Shown here piece by piece: positions 61,013-64,000 of a stretch of 64,000 nucleotides of DNA. This DNA is from Pseudomonas aeruginosa PAO1. Its GTDB lineage: Bacteria > Pseudomonadota > Gammaproteobacteria > Pseudomonadales > Pseudomonadaceae. The stretch lies in assembly GCF_000006765.1 (NCBI RefSeq), contig NC_002516.2. One strand, given 5' to 3'. The translations under genes and the position numbers were made by a program. Below the pieces are notes generated by a model, which was given only the letters and a program-made list of their open reading frames with translations, was not told the DNA's origin and ran no database searches. Numbering within the stretch: the first letter of the stretch is position 1; each line of letters begins with the position of its first letter.

Positions 61013-61198
61013 ATGCTGATTCTGACTCGTCGGGTCGGAGAGACCCTGATGGTAGGTGACGACGTCACCGTGACGGTACTGGGTGTCAAAGGGAACCAGG
61101 TGCGCATCGGCGTCAACGCGCCGAAGGAAGTCGCCGTACACCGGGAGGAAATTTACCAGCGCATCCAGAAAGAGAAAGATCAAGAGCCAAACCATTAA
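61013..61198 (+). CDS. rsmA: RNA-binding post-transcriptional regulator RsmA (CsrA)
   Basis: [12 protein letters not shown]...VHREEIY, 61 aa from ATG 61013. Confidence 0.98.
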   Translation: MLILTRRVGETLMVGDDVTVTVLGVKGNQVRIGVNAPKEVAVHREEIYQRIQKEKDQEPNH

Positions 61199-61217
61199 TT
61201 TTTATCTAATTTTCCCT

Positions 61218-61253
61218 TTGCAAACGGGGTAAAGATGGGTATCATGCGCCCCG
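61218..61253 (+). promoter_or_regulatory. Sigma70 stable-RNA promoter for tRNA-Ser
   Basis: TTGCAA-16 nt-TATCAT with GC-rich discriminator GCGCCCCG. Confidence 0.65.
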
Positions 61254-61259
61254 TGTTGC

Positions 61260-61352
<93 letters not shown>

Positions 61353-61426
61353 CAAGTGTTAGAGGTTGATTCAGGCGGCGAAAGCCATCTTGGTAACTAA
61401 GTTACTGATTTGATTGAAAAAATCGC

Positions 61427-61462
61427 TTGACGGATAAAATCCACAATCTATAATGCGCCCCC
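61427..61462 (+). promoter_or_regulatory. Sigma70 stable-RNA promoter for the tRNA-Arg pair
   Basis: TTGACG-16 nt-TATAAT with GC-rich discriminator GCGCCCCC. Confidence 0.8.
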
Positions 61463-61467
61463 ACGAC

Positions 61468-61544
61468 GCACTCATAGCTCAGCTGGATAGAGTACTCGGC
61501 TACGAACCGAGCGGTCGGAGGTTCGAATCCTCCTGAGTGCGCCA
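61468..61544 (+). tRNA. tRNA-Arg (ACG)
   Basis: 77-nt cloverleaf; anticodon arm CTCGG-CTACGAA-CCGAG; encoded CCA. Confidence 0.97.
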
Positions 61545-61655
61545 TATTTCGAAGGGTTCCTCTCGTCAGGGGCTCGGCGAGCGAAGGATCGACAGTTGCG
61601 GTCTTTCACGGTAAAACAAGCGTTACCGGCAGGTGGCCGGAAAAAGCACCGACAC

Positions 61656-61732
61656 GCACTCATAGCTCAGCTGGATAGAGTACTCGGCTACGAACCGAGC
61701 GGTCGGAGGTTCGAATCCTCCTGAGTGCGCCA
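61656..61732 (+). tRNA. tRNA-Arg (ACG), second identical copy
   Basis: Identical 77-nt sequence to 61468-61544. Confidence 0.97.
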
Positions 61733-61737
61733 TACCG

Positions 61738-61770
61738 AAAGGGCCTGCAGCAATGCAGGCCCTTTTTCTT
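61738..61770 (+). terminator. Terminator of the tRNA operon
   Basis: GGGCCTGCA-GCAA-TGCAGGCCC followed by TTTTT; preceded by AAA, so possibly bidirectional for alpR. Confidence 0.85.
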
Positions 61771-61829
61771 TGCCCGGGATTTTTCTTCCGCCGGAACGCG
61801 GCCCCGTCGTCAGGCGGGGCGGGAAGGGG

Positions 61830-62543
61830 TCAGACCAGCACCGAGTACCAGAACACCCGGCCGATTACGTTGATGTGCTCGGCGGCTTCCTGGGGCTCGT
61901 AGCGCTCGTCCGGATGCTCGTCACTGTTGAAGCTGCGAATGCGCAGGCCGCCGCCTGGAAGGCGGTAAAGCAGTTTCACGCGCAGTTGGCCGTCGTGGTC
62001 GAAGGCGTACATGTCGCCGTCCTTGATCGTCCGCGCGCTAGTGTCCACGCCTACCGTGCTGCCGTCCGGCAGCACCGGCTCCATGCTGTTGCCGCTGACC
62101 GTGACGCAGGCTGCACTGGCCGGATCGATGTTCTTCTTGCGCAGGGTGTACTTGCCGAAGCGCAGCTTGCGCCCGCCGGTCTGCAGGATCACCGTGCTGC
62201 CCTTGCCGCCGGACAGCTCGATCTCCTTGTAGAAGGGCAGTTCGATCTCGTCGGCATCCAGGGGCGTTTCGTCGTCCCATGACTCTACTGCGCCAAGCCA
62301 ACTGGCATTGGGGCCTGCATTCGCCTGGCCGCGCTCGGCGAGCATCTCGCCACGACCTTCCGCCAGCCACAGGGGGTTGACGCCGCAGGCGCCGGCGATC
62401 TGCGCGACGAAGCTGGTGGCGCGGGACTTGCCGCGCTCCAGATCGGAAATGGAGGTCTGGGTCATGCCTACCGCCTGGGCAAGCTGGACCTGGCTGAGAT
62501 GGGCGTGCTTGCGCGCCGCCTTGATGCGATCTTTGAGTTCCAT
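61830..62543 (-). CDS. alpR: CI/LexA-like repressor AlpR (HTH + S24 autopeptidase)
   Basis: Cro/CI HTH (LSQVQLAQAVGMTQTSISDLERG); SGNSMEP catalytic Ser and LRVK catalytic Lys. Confidence 0.9.
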   Translation of the reverse strand: MELKDRIKAARKHAHLSQVQLAQAVGMTQTSISDLERGKSRATSFVAQIAGACGVNPLWLAEGRGEMLAERGQANAGPNASWLGAVESWDDETPLDADEIELPFYKEIELSGGKGSTVILQTGGRKLRFGKYTLRKKNIDPASAACVTVSGNSMEPVLPDGSTVGVDTSARTIKDGDMYAFDHDGQLRVKLLYRLPGGGLRIRSFNSDEHPDERYEPQEAAEHINVIGRVFWYSVLV

Positions 62544-62713
62544 AGGTGGAAAGACTAAGGGTGTGCCTGTGGCATTGCAAGCGTCCGTATATGGGTATTA
62601 CCATAATTTCAGCGCTTTCCTACTCGCGTCGGGTAGGACGGCGGCCCAACACAGCCACTGCGGGTGGCTAATGCGAGCGGCCAGCCAGGTGGGCCGGCCA
62701 AGGAGGGAATACC

Positions 62714-63244
62714 ATGTTTCAAAGTACCGAGCAGGCGCTGGCCGTGGCCTACTGGATGTTCGAGCACCAGCCGGGACCGAAGTCGTCGACGGCGATGGTG
62801 ATCGATGGCCTGCGCGAGCGCTTCGATCGCAGCTTCATCGAACACCTGCCCAGCGGTTTGAGTCCGCACGAATGGCAGGCCCAGGCGGTGATGACCGTGC
62901 GTTTCGCCCAGCGCCAGCTGGCTGCGCACCCACTGGAGCTGGCGGTGGTGCGGGCCGAGTTCGCCCGCGGGCGGGATTTCGTCCTTGGCCTGGCGGCTTT
63001 GCGCGACTGGCTGAAGCCCGGGGCCGACCCGATCGAGCAGCGGGCAACCCTGGCCTTGCTGATGCGCATGTTCCGTCGTCCGCCGTCGAGCATCCGCGAG
63101 ATCGAGCGACTCAGCGGGCTGTCGAAGAGCACCCTGCATCGCTGGGACAAGGAATGGCGCGAGCGGGTCGTCGCTTTGCTGCGCCAGGCCTTGCAGCGGC
63201 TGGAGGAGCCGATGGCGGAGGTGGGGATCGTGGGCGAGCGCTAA
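62714..63244 (+). CDS. alpA: AlpA positive regulator/antiterminator
   Basis: GGAGG SD; 176 aa with C-terminal HTH (SIREIERLSGLSKSTLHRW); lambda Q-like position. Confidence 0.87.
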   Translation: MFQSTEQALAVAYWMFEHQPGPKSSTAMVIDGLRERFDRSFIEHLPSGLSPHEWQAQAVMTVRFAQRQLAAHPLELAVVRAEFARGRDFVLGLAALRDWLKPGADPIEQRATLALLMRMFRRPPSSIREIERLSGLSKSTLHRWDKEWRERVVALLRQALQRLEEPMAEVGIVGER

Positions 63245-63277
63245 AAAAATTTCTGCATGAAAACGGGTTTTCCCATA

Positions 63278-63306
63278 TTGACGCTATGGGACGATAAAGG
63301 TATAAA
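63278..63306 (+). promoter_or_regulatory. alpB promoter
   Basis: TTGACG-17 nt-TATAAA. Confidence 0.7.
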
Positions 63307-63329
63307 TTCTCCACGATTGAAATTCCTCT

Positions 63330-63395
63330 GGCCGAAGCCCGCCGATGCGGGCTTCGGCCGTTCCGGGCCCGCCTTTTCGGCGGGCCTTTGCATTT
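63330..63395 (+). terminator. Tandem hairpins/terminator in the alpB leader
   Basis: 13-bp stem 63330-63359 and 8-bp stem 63366-63386 followed by TTTGCATTT. Confidence 0.7.
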
Positions 63396-63408
63396 CCGGG
63401 AGTCATCC

Positions 63409-63783
63409 ATGTCCGAGCCAAGCTCTGCGGCCTCCGCCGCCAGCGCAATGGCTGGCGTCGGCCTGGCCATGTACCTGCCGGGTATCGATGGCAACGCCTT
63501 GCTGGGAGGCTTCGGCGGCGCCATCTTCTTTGTCGTGTTCGCCCGTGACTACAACGCCCTGACCCGCCTCGGCTACCTGCTGGTGTCCTGGGTCGGCGGC
63601 TATTACGCCGGAATCGAGGCGCTCGGCCGCGGATTGACCCAGACCAGCGGCATGGCCGCCTTCGTCGCCGCGACCCTCTGCGTGACCGGCGGCATCGGCA
63701 TGCTCGAGTGGATGCGTGGCGGCGAACTGCCCAGCTGGATGCGCGGGCTGTTGCGCCGCCGGGGAGGCAAGTCCGATGGTTGA
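63409..63783 (+). CDS. alpB: Holin-like protein AlpB
   Basis: 124 aa, several TM segments (LLGGFGGAIFFVV) and basic C-terminus. Confidence 0.85.
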   Translation: MSEPSSAASAASAMAGVGLAMYLPGIDGNALLGGFGGAIFFVVFARDYNALTRLGYLLVSWVGGYYAGIEALGRGLTQTSGMAAFVAATLCVTGGIGMLEWMRGGELPSWMRGLLRRRGGKSDG

Positions 63784-64000
63784 TCCGCTGTCCACCCTGA
63801 CCGTGCTGGTCTGCTCGGCGATCTGCATGCGCCTGATCACCTATCGCCGCGCCGGCGCGCGTTTCCGCCCCGGCGTTTCCCTGTGCGCCTACCTGCTGGC
63901 GTTGTGCACCGGCTGCCAGGCGCTGGGAATAGTGGCCGGGTTGTATCGCGCCGAGCACCTCTCGCCGTGGATGCTCGGGGTACTGCTGGTGCTGCTGGTC
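63776..64000 (+). CDS. alpC: Phage holin/antiholin-like protein AlpC, truncated by window end
   Basis: Hand translation MVDPLSTLTVLVCSAICMRLITYRRAGARFRPGVSLCAYLL...; overlaps the alpB stop. Confidence 0.8.
   Translation, partial: MVDPLSTLTVLVCSAICMRLITYRRAGARFRPGVSLCAYLLALCTGCQALGIVAGLYRAEHLSPWMLGVLLVLLV

Larger units (their letters stand above)
61830..64000. mobile_element. Domesticated prophage-derived alp self-lysis cassette (continues beyond window)
   Basis: CI-like repressor divergent from a Q-like regulator, then holin-type genes, directly after tRNA genes; no integrase in the window. Confidence 0.75.

Noticed and set aside
61468-61732. Identical 77-bp direct repeat read as attL/attR or a CRISPR-like repeat
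   Set aside because: Both copies are complete tRNA-Arg genes in the conserved alaS-rsmA/csrA-tRNA-Ser-tRNA-Arg arrangement, with only a 111-nt spacer

Overview
High-GC Pseudomonas aeruginosa chromosome. Gene order and proteins match, from my recollection, the PAO1 segment PA0851-PA0909; no database was consulted. It is almost entirely core genome. Left to right: PLP dehydratase (partial), cbpD, quinone reductase/fumC2, DUF2059-bolA-trhO-DsbA-like-ABC exporter, rbdA-undA, MDR oxidoreductase/XapX-like small ORF/AraC, hpd-aroP2, mliC-arfB, pbpG, phhABC/phhR, FUSC exporter/LysR, the itaconate degradation cluster with its LysR regulator and TRAP transporter, acsA, aotJQMOP-argR, aruCFGDB-orf-aruE, ltaA, alaS-lysC-rsmA, tRNA-Ser and two tRNA-Arg, and the start of the phage-derived alpR-alpA-alpBC self-lysis cassette. 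I found no CRISPR array, IS element, integrase or frameshifted gene, and I cannot claim a wholly undescribed large system. The best sequence-level leads are: (i) a 52-bp LysR-type operator (39/52 identity, identical spacing) duplicated in front of the itaconate operon and in front of its TRAP transporter; (ii) the rbdA-undA pairing of a c-di-GMP sensor enzyme with a 1-undecene synthase; (iii) a 57-aa XapX-like membrane ORF that is easy to miss; (iv) a His/Cys-tailed acidic protein in the aru operon next to a zinc enzyme; (v) an antisense orphan ORF sharing the ArgR-box region; (vi) structured leaders in the alp cassette.
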